Positions 38,040-50,559 of a stretch of DNA of 63,830 nt are shown here, piece by piece. Within the stretch, counting starts at the first letter, position 1, and every line of letters begins with the position of its first letter. The translations under genes and the position numbers were made by a program. Below the pieces are notes generated by a model. It ran no database searches, had not been told where the DNA came from, and was given only the letters and a program-made list of their open reading frames with translations. Source of the stretch: Octopus bimaculoides (taxonomy: Eukaryota); assembly GCF_001194135.2 (NCBI RefSeq), contig NC_068984.1, positions 95,215,961 through 95,279,790 of the forward strand, given 5' to 3'.

Positions 38040-41000
38040 AGAAATTCTTATCCTCTGTCATCCTTGGTTGTCTCCTACGTACACTTCTAAGGGCCTAATG
38101 CCATCCCCTCCCCTACCCAGGGTTTTATCGATCTTATAGTGCATAAAGATGGTGTAGTGTATGCAGGTTGTAGGCATTGTTTGTTTATGAATTCTGCCAA
38201 ATGCAAGCTTTCTTTTCATGTACAGGGCACTGCTTTCCCTCATCCCAGGGTCGCACATGCCCACACCCTTAGAATTGGCACACTCAACGTCGGCATACTG
38301 ATAGGTAGGTCTGGTGAGAAGTAAGGTGGAGAGGAGGTTCCGCTAGGTTCCTCACAGGCAAAGAACTCAGGTACAAGATTTCCTGGGCAGGGAACACTGA
38401 TGGGGTTGGGGGTGTGGGAATACTTCTTGCAGAGAAATGGGTTAAGGTAATCGAGGTAGTCAGAGTATGTGACAGAGTACTTAAGATTAGACTAGTGCTT
38501 CACCATAGGTCATCTCGGCCTATGCCCCTCAACCGGGGCTACCGGATGGGAAGAAAGACCAATTCTATGACACCCTGTTGCAAACTACCTCATTGATGAA
38601 TGACAGGGACCTTCTCTTCGTGGCTGGTGATTTAAATGGACATGTTGGACAACATGCAGGGGGCTTCCTTGGCGTACATGGAGGCTTCGGTTCCCGCAAT
38701 GAGGAGGGAACCAGACTGCTGGAGTTCTGCAATGCAAATGATCTTATGGTTTGCAATACCAACTTCAGGAAACCTGCCTGTCACCTACCGTTCCGGCAGA
38801 CACACTAGCCAAATCAACTACATCCTTGCTAGAAATAGGGAAAGAGGACTGCTTATAAATGCCAAAACCTTCCAAGGTGAAGAATGTACCCCTCAACACA
38901 GATTAGTAGTTAGCGACTTCGGGATCAAGGCTAAATGGATGCCCAGAAGTAGACCAGCTTGGAGGAGAAGGGTCTGGAAGCTTAAAGATCCTGCAAATGG
39001 ACAGAGATTTAGAAATGTCTTACTTGAAGCATTTGACGAAATAAAAGGGGATATAGCATCACACAATGTGGAAGACAATTGGAGGTTTCTACAGGACAAC
39101 CTGCTGAGAGCCTCCAACCAGATCTGTGGCTGGTGCAAAGTCCCCTCTCGACCCAAAATAACATGGTGGTGGAACAATGTGGTTGACAGGGCTATTAGAC
39201 AAAAGAAACAGGCTTGGAAGGACTGGAAGAACAGAGGTAGCAGGGAATTGTATCAGATTGCCAGAAGGGAAGCTAGGAGACAGGTTTACTTAGTCAGAGG
39301 GGAAGCAGATAAGAAAAAGTTTGCTAATGTTCTGCACCGTGAGGACCAAAGACTTGAAGTATTTCGTGTTGCAAGACAGTGTGTGAGAGAGAATCATGAT
39401 GTCGTAGGAGAGAAATGTGTCCGCATGGATGATGGCTCACTTACACGAAATGAGGCTACAAAGAGAGAGGTTTGGAGACGTCACTATGAAAGGCTGCTTA
39501 ATAAAGAGAATGAATGGGAGGAAGAGAGTCTGCCGCATGCCAACCCAACAGAGGGACCAGCTATCCTAATTGACAGTACCTTGGTAGATAAAGCGACCAA
39601 GAGTATGAAGACAAGGAAAGCCCTCGGCCCATCAGGAATCACTGCAGAGATGCTCAAAATATCTGGCAGTGTCGGCTATAGCCTAGTCACCCGTATAGTT
39701 AATCAGGTGATACACGAAGGAGTCATATCCAATGACTGGTGTAGCAGCACCTTAATCAACTGCTACAAAGGTAAAGGTGACGCTTTAGACACAAACAATT
39801 ACAGAAGTATCAAGTTGTTGGACCAGGTAATGAAGGTCACCGAGAGGGTTATAGCCCAACTAATTAGGGAGAGAGTCAGTTTAGATGAGATGTAGTTTGG
39901 GTCCGTTCCAGGAAAAAGCACCACTGATGCTATATTTCTGGTAAGACAGCTTCAGGAGAAATACCTAGCCAAAGATAAATCTCTGTACCTAGCTTTCGTC
40001 GACATGGAGAAAGCCTTTGACAGGGTCCCCGATCCCTTATCTGGTGGTCAATGAGGAAACTAGGGGTAGATGAGTGGTTAGTGAGAGCTGTGCAAGCCAT
40101 GTACAGGGACGCTGTCAGTAAGTTGAGGGTTGACAATGAGTACAGTGAAGAAATCCGAGTAGGGGTCCACCAAGGTTCAATCCTCAGCTCCCTCCTATTT
40201 ATCATAGTCCTCCAGGCAATAACACAAGGAATTCAAGACAGGAGCACCTCTATGCTGATGACCTTGCGCTAATTACTGAGTCACTATCAGAACTAGAGGA
40301 GAAGTTTCAGGTGTGGAAGCAAGGACTGGAATCGAAGGGCCTTAGAGTCAACCTACCTAAAACCAAAGTCTTAATAAGTAGGAAGGTAGACAAACTACAA
40401 ACCCCTTCAGGTAGATGGCTCTGCTCGATCTGTTGAAAAGACGTAGGTAGAAACTCCGTAAGATGTACCCAGTGTAAGCTATGGACACATAAGAGGTGCA
40501 GCAATATCAAAGAATGGCTAACCAGCAAGATAGTTTTTGTATGTTGCAGATGCTCAGGAGCAATAAACACTGAAAATGTGGAGAAAACCTTTTCCACACT
40601 TCAGGGAGAAAAACTAGAAGTAGTTGATAGCTTCTGCTACCTAGGTGACCAAGTTAGTAGCGGGGGAGGGTGCGCTGAAAGTGTAGCTGCTAGAATAAGA
40701 ATAGCCTGGGCAAAGTTTAGAGAGCTCTTACCTCTGCTGGTGACAAAGAGCCTCTCACTCAGAGTAAAAAGCAGACTGTATGACGCATGTGTATGAACAG
40801 CCATGCTACATGGCAGTGAAACATGGGCCGTGACTGCAGAGGACATGCGTAAGCTTGCAAGAAACNNNNNNNNNNNNNNNNNNNNNNNNNNNNNNNNNNN
40901 NNNNNNNNNNNNNNNNNNNNNNNNNNNNNNNNNNNNNNNNNNNNNNNNNNNNNNNNNNNNNNNNNNNNNNNNNNNNNNNNNNNNNNNNNNNNNNNNNNNN

Positions 41001-41384
41001 NNNNNNNNNNNNNNNNNNNNNNNNNNNNNNNNNNNNNNNNNNNNNNNNNNNNNNNNNNNNNNNNNNNNNNNNNNNNNNNNNNNNNNNNNNNNNNNNNNNN
41101 NNNNNNNNNNNNNNNNNNNNNNNNNNNNNNNNNNNNNNNNNNNNNNNNNNNNNNNNNNNNNNNNNNNNNNNNNNNNNNNNNNNNNNNNNNNNNNNNNNNN
41201 NNNNNNNNNNNNNNNNNNNNNNNNNNNNNNNNNNNNNNNNNNNNNNNNNNNNNNNNNNNNNNNNNNNNNNNNNNNNNNNNNNNNNNNNNNNNNNNNNNNN
41301 NNNNNNNNNNNNNNNNNNNNNNNNNNNNNNNNNNNNNNNNNNNNNNNNNNNNNNNNNNNNNNNNNNNNNNNNNNNNNNNNNNNN
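38040..41384 (+). mobile_element. RTE family A, near full length (APE plus RT), disabled by stops and frameshifts; 3' end in an N gap
   Basis: LRIGTLNVG, GDLNGHVG, EECTPQHRLVV, NYRSIKLL, DMEKAFD, VHQGSILS, FCYLGD, LHGSETW. Confidence 0.93.
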
Positions 41385-43890
41385 TTACTTCATTGGAGTT
41401 TACTCTGCTTGTGAAGACCTGTTGAGGCAAGTGAATATCCCCCTGTTTCACTCCATTTTGTATTAAGATGGGCTCTGACATTTTACCTCTAACATTAACC
41501 CTACCCTTCATGTCTTCATAAAAAGACCTAAACAAAGCAAGAAACTTTTTGGGACAACCAAGTTTCTGGAGGACTTTCCACAGTGCATTTCTATTAACTG
41601 TATCAAAGGCTTTTGTCAGATCGACAAAATCCTGATATAAATTCAGACCCTGTTCCACAAACTTCTCCTGAAGCTGTCTAGCTGAGAAGATCACACCACC
41701 AGTGCTGCATTCCACACAAAAGCCAGATTGACTTTCTGGAAGAACACAATCTGCAATGGGTTCAGCAGACAATCAAGAAGTACCCTGCATAAAACCTTTC
41801 TTACGACAGAAAGCAATGATATTCCCCTATAGTTACCACAATCATTCCTGTTGCCCTTTCTCTTATATAAGACCACCATTACTGTATCTCTCCAGTTCTC
41901 AGGTACAGATTCAGTAGCCCACATCCTGCCAAACAAAGAGTGAAGTTGCTGTAGAAGTTTCTCACTGCCATACTGTAACAACTCCGCATGTATACCATCC
42001 ATATCTGGAAACCTCCCATTATTCATCCTTGAGACAGCCACTGCAACTTCTTCCAACATTGGTGGGTCCATGAGAGCCACCCTCATAGGTAACTCAGGGA
42101 TGAGATTGAGAACATCCTCACTAACTGCAGACTGCTGATTCAAAAGTTCATTAAAGTGTACTCGCTACCTTCGCAGAATTCTTTACCATCCCTGCTTCGA
42201 AGTGGTGTCATCAGAGAAGAAGTCGGTCCATACAACAAGAGACCATATAACAGCTTTGTGTTATTGGAATCCGACGCCGCCTGTATCTCATCAGCCTTCT
42301 TACTCCACCAGGTATCCCTCATTTGAGAGAGCCTCCACCTCACACGTGACTTCACATCCTTGAGTTCCCTATGCAACACATCTCTCTCCTGTGGCTTTGC
42401 TGACAAATAGCGTGACAAAGTATGTCTTTTATCAGCCAATAAATCATCTATATGTTCATCATTTTCTTTAAACTAATCTTGATATTTTCTTTGTATCAAT
42501 CCCAGAACTTTCCTGCCTATAAACTGACTTTTTAAGGGTCTGCCAATCCTACCCAATATCAGCAACATTCATTTCCTCTCGTAAAGTTCTCTTCACACTG
42601 TTACAACTAACATTGTCTTTTAGGCAGGGTAATACCTGCAACCCAGATTTTACATTTTGTGATTAATTTCACTTTTGCACATACTAGGCAGTGGTCAGTC
42701 CAACACACAGCACATTTCGTCTGTCACACACCCTAACAGGATGTAATCCAGAATATGCCATTCTTTAGATGCAGGGTGCATCCATGTAGTCTTAAACTTA
42801 TCCTTTTGTTGAAACATGGTATTGGTAGCACACAGATGCAACTCCTCGCACATCTGCAGCAGAAGCATAACATTACTATTACACTTTCCCACCCCATGCT
42901 TTTCAATTACAGTCCATGTGTTAAAATCCCTACCCACTCTAGCATTAAAGTCACTCAGTATGATGACTTTGTCTGCCCTAGGGATGTTTCTCATAATGCC
43001 CTTCATAGCATAGTAGAAAGAAACTTTTTCGTCTTCAGTAGAGCACATAGTTGGAGCATACACACTCACCAAGATCACATAATTTCCTTTAGCCAAAGGA
43101 ATTCTCATGGACATAAGACGCTCATTAATCCCGACTGGGAATTCTTCCAACCTGTCCACAAGAGTAGTCTTAACAGCAAATGCCACTCTAGCCTCTCCTC
43201 AAAACTCTTCATCTCTCCCTTTCCAAAAGAATGTATATTTTCCACAAGATTCTGTAAGATGATCATCTCCAGCTAATCTCATCCCAGATAAAGTAACGAT
43301 GTCAAGATCATAGCGTTGAAGCTCCTTTGCAACAAGAGCAGTCCTTCATTCAGGATATTCTGAGGATTCACTGTCAAGTGGTGTCTGTACATTCCAACAG
43401 CCAATATTCAATATTTTATTTAGTTCTATCACAGTAGCACGATGACGGCTGGGTTCAGACTGTGATGTTCTGGAGCCCCTTCCGGGCCAGACTCTTTCAT
43501 CTGATGTGGTTGCAGAGTCCTTACTGCCATTTATTTTTATACTGTTTTGGTACATCATTGATTGTTTGCTTTTTAAGGTTACAGCCAGCCATTCAGTTGA
43601 GACTCAACAATCATCAATTAGTTAATTAATCAATCAATCAATGTTGTTATCATGCAGTGCCTGTGCAAGAAGATTTTTTAAAGTAAGAAAAGGCTGTGCA
43701 CTGAGTCAATCCCACTCACTAAGCAACAGTAACTATAACCCGAAAAGAAGAACAAGTCAACATCATCAGTAACCACTGAGCCGCAGGTTTTATGTCGGAG
43801 TTATCCCAGTTACCTGAGTTGCCTTCTCCTATAAAGATGCCCTAACAAGGGCTAGGAGTCCTTCACTCCCAATGGTTTAACCGTGTGATC
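41385..43890 (-). mobile_element. RTE family B (BovB-like), 5' part (5' UTR, APE, RT start)
   Basis: LNIGCWNVQT, VSVYAPT, DFNARVG, HILDYIL, NYRGISLLS, DLTKAFDTV, GVKQGD; 5' UTR motif ggagaaggcaactc. Confidence 0.9.
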
Positions 43891-44164
43891 AGGTATTCAG
43901 TCCAATTATTTCTATCTCTCCGCGCAAGATACAGCCATAAGGTGGATAAAATAGATTAAAAAAAACAAAAAACATGATATATAAAAATATTGATATACAA
44001 TATATACGATATACGGTTTTGCTTTTCATCCCGCAGGGTGTCCAATAAACACCCTCCTCACCAAGCAAGCTTGGTAGGATTGCCAGTTTAGTCGCCGACG
44101 GGCCGATCATGCAATAGGTTGTACTGGGTTACATGTTACTAGTAGCACTTGAAAGTGACCTGAC

Positions 44165-44195
<31 letters not shown>

Positions 44196-44605
44196 GGCGC
44201 AGGAGTGGCTGTGTGGTAAGTAGCTTGCTTACCAACCACATGGTTCCGGGTTCAGTCCCACTGTGTGGCACCTTGGGCAAGTGTCTTCTACAATAGCTTT
44301 GGGCCGACCAAAGCCTTGTGAGTGGATTTGGTAGACGGAAACTGAAAGAAGCCTGTCGTATATATGTGTGTGTGTGTATATATATATATATATGTATGTA
44401 TGTACGTGTGTCTGTGTTTGTACCCCTACCATCGCTTGATAACCGATGCTGGTGTGTTTATGTCTCTGTAACTTAGCGGTTCGGCAAAAAGAGACCGATA
44501 GAATAAGTACTAGGCTTACAAAGAATAAGTCCTGGGGTCGATTTTCTCAACTAAAGGTGGTGCTCCAGCATGGCCGCAGTCAAATGACTGAAACAAGTAA
44601 AAGAG
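44196..44605 (+). mobile_element. tRNA-derived SINE family 1 (best-preserved copy)
   Basis: GGCGCAGGAGTGGCTGTGTGG (A box) ... GGTTCCGGGTTCAGTCCC (B box); internal (GT)n(AT)n; flanked 5' by (AT)n. Confidence 0.9.
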
Positions 44606-46683
44606 TATATACTCGCACTTACATACTTACAAACAGGCAACTAACAGGACAAGAAGGGAAGGGTAGGGAACTTATTAATACCAAGAATTATTTTTGAGAA
44701 TACTGTCACCATGAGATATGCTGTGCTTGAAAAATTCAGCCACCCAGTCATTTAATGTGGTACACTGTAATGTGGGATATAATATTGTTCAGTACTTGGC
44801 TGGTATTTTATTATATTGACTCTGGAAGCATGAGTGGCAAAGTTGACCATGACAGAATTTTAATTTTGACACTCTAAAAATTCTGTCAATCCTATTATAA
44901 TAACAGCAATAATAATTTATTTATTTATTAACTAAAAAAGATTACTACAAAAGAGTGTCAGGTTATTAAAAACTGAATGCAATGCTACTATAAGATATTA
45001 GGTGTAAATATGCTAGCCATTATTATAAATTACAACTTCACCATAATAAATAAGAAGTTAAGTAAATTGAAAAGCTTGGACAGAAGAACCAGGAAACTAC
45101 TAATTGCATTCTGAATCTACCATATCAAAGCTGGTATAAAATAGAATATACACAGACACAAGAAGAGTGGGACCTGTATAGGCTGAAAACATCTACAAAA
45201 TAACAACAGTAAGAATAAAAAAAATACAAGCAAAGTGAAGCTGATAAATGTAATTAGGGAACATGAAAAACAGAACAGTAAACTTTTATATATGTAAAGA
45301 ATTGGTAAAAGAGAAATAGTAAAATACAAACAGGAAATGAACTTCACTGAAATAATATAGATTTAGGTAAGGACAGCAACTGAAAAGTTTGGAAAAATCA
45401 AAGATATAAAAAAAAATGGAGGAAAACCTCCCACTCTGTGGCCAACATCTTACCATCTTTATCAGAGAGTGATGTAAATCACAATGAAAGCTAACAGTGG
45501 CTCAAAAGCTCAGAGCTAAAAGAAACAGGTTTAATACTTGCTGTATTAATCACAAACAACTGCAAAAATAAAATAGTAAAAGCAGTGTTAACATCAAATG
45601 CTGACTAAACAACCAGTACAATGAAACCATAACCTCATTGGCTGCCCAGTTCTTACTAAGTCTGAATATTTGCACTAACAGGGTTGAGTCATTACCCATT
45701 TTGTACTAGCTCTATCTTCATTTGTTGCTTTTTTTTTTTTTTTACTTATTTGATACTTTCTATTCCTCTGTCTCATTCATTGTACTATGCCACCAGTGCA
45801 ATGTGATATCTGTCCATGCTTAAGTTCCACCATTTACTACCATCTGTAACCCTCTACTTCTCTCACTCTCCCATTATAGTGCTTGAGTAACAAGGGATTG
45901 CATCAAATCTTTTGTTCTCTGATACACTCATCCATTTACTACTCTATACCTCCCTCTTTCTCAGGTCATTCCATTATTGACAGCCACCACAGTCTCTTGC
46001 TATTAACTATTATCTATTATTACATTTTTGGATAGACTCTATCTCTCTCCATGCATCCTCTTCAATTAGCAGAAGTGCTTACTCCTATTGACTAAATAAG
46101 CCTTGAATCATCTAAATTGTATTTTCACTGAAACACAAATGTTGTCTGAAAATAAAATTGTCGACTAATTTATTCATCTTAAATCTATACCTTATTGACC
46201 TCACGGATGCCTTTACCACTATTCTTCTGAACCTCTTTTCCTTGTTTATTGACATATGTTGTTGCAAATATTGATCTACTTACCTTCAAAAGAAAAAAAA
46301 GAAAAATCTGACTAAAATATGAAATATGTTCTCCTTTTACAACAATCTAGTTGTACCTTTTTTTTTTTATCAGCTCTTTGGTGTTGAGTTTAAATCTATC
46401 ATCTGCAAATATTGCTATGTTCATTTTAGCAGTACACTAAATTTTACATAGCAACTTGGTTGTTAGCAGTAAGTAGCAGGTCACATGTGAATATTGACCA
46501 AGATAAATTAGTATTATGTCCAGTGGTAAATCTGTGATTTTTTTTATACCTTGAAACCAGAATTAAGTAATGATCCTTAGGGTTTGCCAATGATTTTTTT
46601 TACTGGTTTCATGTTATTTTGTTTCTCCTATTGTTTGAGTTGTGTTGTCCCCCTTTAACTTAATATTTGTATTTCTTTCCTAG

Positions 46684-46883
46684 GATGAATATGTGGAGGC
46701 GCTAGACAAACTAAATATGACAGTGACCCGGGCACATAAAATTAACCCTGAAATCAAGTTTGAGGTATTCATTCATAAAGTGGATAGCTTGTCTGATGAT
46801 CAAAAGATAGAATCTCAGCGAGATATTCACCAGAGGGCTAATGATGATCTTGTTGATGCTGGATTTGAAGGGATCTACCTGAG
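46684..46883 (+). CDS. RRAGC: RagC/D exon: G4 ([10 protein letters not shown]...[41 protein letters not shown])
   Basis: ttcctAG acceptor, AG|GTGAGA donor; 200 nt, phase 0 to phase 2. Confidence 0.96.
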
Positions 46884-47357
46884 GTGAGAAATATGCTTTG
46901 ATAAATTTAAAATGAATTGCTTCAGATTTTATATCAAACAGTCTTTCTTTAATATTTAACTTCAAAGCAATTTTTTTCTACTTTAGAGTAAAATATTTTG
47001 AAGAATTTATTTTCAGTATGACCTATTAAGTTACTTCTATTGTTAGTTACCTCATATCTATTGGGATGGTTGAGATGATTTACCAAAGTTTGCATGTACT
47101 AAGTTATTTATCAAATAATTTCCCCATTAAAATAGTATTTTTGTGTAATATGGCATCATTTGACTTTCAGCTCTTTTACAAATTCAATGAAAGAGACCTG
47201 CAGTGTCAGCATAGCCTTTGATATTGCATAGATGACATAAAGCAGATGTCAGAAGTCTACAGCTGTTTTGAAAGATGTGAGACTTCCTTAGATTCTTATC
47301 TTATTGTCTGTCTATAACCACTTTAATATGATCATTTTTTTTTTTACTTTCATGCAG

Positions 47358-47472
47358 TTTCTATCTGACCAGTATCTATGACCACTCTATATTTGAAGCA
47401 TTCAGCAAAGTGGTCCAGAAACTGATACCTCAGCTACCTACATTGGAAAACCTTCTGAACATGCTCATCTCT
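47358..47472 (+). CDS. RRAGC: RagC/D exon: G5 ([39 protein letters not shown])
   Basis: catgcAG acceptor, TCT|GTAAGT donor; 115 nt, phase 2 to phase 0. Too short for the ORF track; translated by hand. Confidence 0.96.
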
Positions 47473-49194
47473 GTAAGTTACTTGAAAAACACTTATTCTA
47501 ACCTAGAACAAACACTTTGCAATATCCATCTTACTACTAGACAAGTAAAGAAATTATATAATAGTCTTTAAATTTTTCATATTTTCCATACTGTAGACCA
47601 GTTTTTGATGGAGCAAACTGTTTTCACAGCTGAATGTCATTCTTCTTCAGTTTCTCTACTGTGTTATGTTCCTTGCTCAGGTATACAACATGAAGCAAGG
47701 TGTCTGAAGTGGTGACTTTTCAAACACCTTTACTTCTCCATCACTAAATTTCAATGAAGCCACAATGTTTGTGACATAAATTGTTCTGGATTACTAAGTA
47801 TGTGGTCAGGAGTTCAAACTAGTTCAACTTTTGTGGTGATACAGACGAACAGATGTTCATATTTCTGTTTGCCTGGCTGACATAAAACTGATTCTACTCC
47901 CTACTTTGTGGTTGAGGAGTTAGTAATGGAAAGAAACCTCATCTATGTAAGTATGGAAAAAATAGATATAAAAATCCTTGAGATAAAGATGTTATGAAAA
48001 GCTTTATTGTCATCTTGAAATATTTAATATCAATTATTACTACTGAGTAAACAAGTACTCCAACTGTACTAAGGCATGTAACTGACTGGATATTTGAGAG
48101 TGACTCATATGTATAGTATAGTAGAAATAGTTGAGCTGCTACTGCATGTGATGGGGAGAAGAGCATCTGACACTTGACAATCTCAAAGAGAAAATTAAGT
48201 TTTTTGTCTGAGTGCAAATATTTTTTTGTCTGAGGTCATTATCCTCTTCTTTCACAGCATACAACCTGCTGCATGTGCTGTAGAATGTTGTGTGTGTGTG
48301 ACTGTATGGATATGTGTAGAGTGAGGGTGTGACTGAGACATGATGTATGAGAGCTATGTGACAGTGTGGGCAAGTTGTGTGGGGAGCAATGAAGTGTCAT
48401 CATCTAATTTGTCTTAGCATTTTCTCTTGCCTTCTCTCTTATGCTGTTCACAATTAATCTCTCCTACCACCATCACTAGCTCTCTACTCTTTTTTCCCTC
48501 CCGTCACAATTCTTGAGTAATGAGGGATTGCATTGGTTCTCTTGGTATCCAATACATATCTTCATTTATCCTCTTGTGCTGTCACTATCACTTCTTTATT
48601 CTCAGGCTTTTCTTTTATCGACATCCATTACTCTTTTACCATTGCTATCTTGATTAATCATCACCTAGAGTCTCTGTACCAGCTATTATTTCTTTTCTGT
48701 ACTTTAAACCCTCCTAAAAGACAGTGACGGTCTAGTGACATCTATGCGCTCTCTTACGACCACTCATCATTGACACTCTCTCTTACCAATAGCTCTCTTC
48801 GAGAGCCTTTCAATTTTATAGCACAACTTAAATATTCTTTGGACTGTGTGTAGGGTTGTGAGCCCTGGCACGATTTTCCTATATTTTTGTTCATATTTTT
48901 CTTATACCTTGTGTTTCATTTATTATTGATACTAGTTTCACTTTCACATCTTTTATCCAGCTTAGTTTTGTAAATAGGTATGATAGTTGTCATAGAGAAT
49001 TTAGTCTCTCTCTATCACCTTTCAACAGCATTATAAATGAAGAGACATCAGAACAATTTACAATATAATAAAAAGGTTTTATTTATGATGATACTTGGTT
49101 ATACAAATTCCTGTCATTCAGCTTAGCAGCCGCTGATTAAGTTGTGGTTTGGTAATGGAAGGTTAAGGTCTTCCTTGATGCCTGCAGAGAACAG

Positions 49195-50448
49195 TGTAAA
49201 AGTGCTTCGTGGAGGAGCGAGATGTTGTCACGTAGAAGGTCTCAGCTCAACTCACTGAGAAAGTGAAACTCTTTCTTTAAGTACGAGTTTTACTACGCAT
49301 GCGCAACTCGAGGGGCTTCCGGTGGTGAAGTCCCCTGCGCATGCGCAGAATAGTACTTCCTCAATGGCGGCTATAATTTCACGCCACTACAATAGCCCCC
49401 CCCCCCCCGAGTGCGTAGCACGAATAAGGAAAGGATTGTAGTGGGCGCCTGAAANNNNNNNNNNCCCCCGAGTGCGTAGCACGAATAAGGAAAGGATTGT
49501 AGTGGGCGCCTGAAACAAGATGCGGCTGTAGATATACAATGAAAAAGATACACAATGAAAAAGAAACAATTCGTTAATACAGAGAATGAAAAATAATATT
49601 CCAGCGGCACAAGTCAAGTTCAGCTTGGTAAATGTTGTTGGCTGCAAAAAAAAAATTTCTGCTTACATCACTGCAGTTCCTTTATTACTTATGATTGATG
49701 CAGTGGCGCAAGAAATGTCTGAGTGTTCAGCACTAATAGGGAAAAACACAGTTTGAGCCTTTTTTACAAAAGGAATGCTGAAAAAGGCAATAATATACAA
49801 TGCAGTCAAATATAAATTGTCATGGAGAGTTTCTTCGGCCAGTGTACTGTACGGCCAGACCTAGTGACATAGGGTTCACTTGTGGTAGTTCTCAACGATA
49901 AAGGTGGAGTTTTCACAGGTGTTGGTGATGGTGTTGGCAAAAGTGTATGCAAAGGTTGAAAAGGGAGTATGTAGTATTGTCAACGGAAGATGTAGTTTTA
50001 TCAAAATACGCTTTCGTCAGACGGTCGACAGACATGGTCTCCGTACGACCATTTGCGTCTATTTTAGAAAATTTGGGTGTGTGAGAGAGCACACGAAAGG
50101 GTCCTTTATAAGGAGAAATCTCGTAATCGAGTGACATAGGACACTGGATTTGGAGGCTGTAATTTGTCTGGTACCAACATCGTACCAGGCAATGCCAGTG
50201 TGGTACCATACAATAATTCTGCTGCAGAAAAACCAAGGTCTGCTTTAACTACAGTCCTGCATCCAAGTAGGACAACAGGAAGAAATACAGTCCATGACTG
50301 CAGATTGAGCGAGGCACGCAATGCGGCCTTTAGTTGCCTATGAAACTGCTCCACCATCCCATTAGAAGCGGGATGGTAGCTGGTGGTGCGTATACGCATG
50401 CGCAGAATAGTACTTCCTCAATGGCGGCTATAATTTCACGCCACTACA
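49195..50448 (-). mobile_element. Internally deleted CsRn1-like Gypsy element (second family): 5' LTR stub, integrase C-terminus, PPT, 3' LTR
   Basis: Integrase RTTSYHPASNGMVEQFHRQLK and GPF module (PYKGPFRV...SVDRL); poly-G PPT at about 49396-49408; LTR TGTAGTGGCG...TTTTACA at 49391-49195; identical LTR start at 50448-50397. Confidence 0.85.
49294..49378. promoter_or_regulatory. Cluster of NRF1-like, ETS-like and YY1-like motifs inside the LTR
   Basis: TACGCATGCGCA 49294-49305, CTTCCGGT 49316-49323, TGCGCATGCGCA 49336-49347, ATGGCGGC 49364-49371. Motif match only; activity unknown. Confidence 0.4.
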
Positions 50449-50559
50449 GTTTTCTATTCTTGTATCTTGTATTTTGACAGTTTCTTAACATCCATCCATG
50501 TAATATTTTGTTCAAAAGGGATTAAAAGGTCTATCTGAATACAAAGATATCCTATCCCA

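Noticed and set aside
43890-44165. CpG-containing segment that looks like a young repeat 3' end
   Set aside because: No ORF, TIR or Pol III boxes identified; family cannot be named from the sequence alone.
49410-49515. Direct repeat of about 50 bp (cccgagtgcgtagcacg...gcgcctgaaa)
   Set aside because: The identical copies flank a 10-N gap next to a poly-C run; most likely contig-end overlap, not biology.
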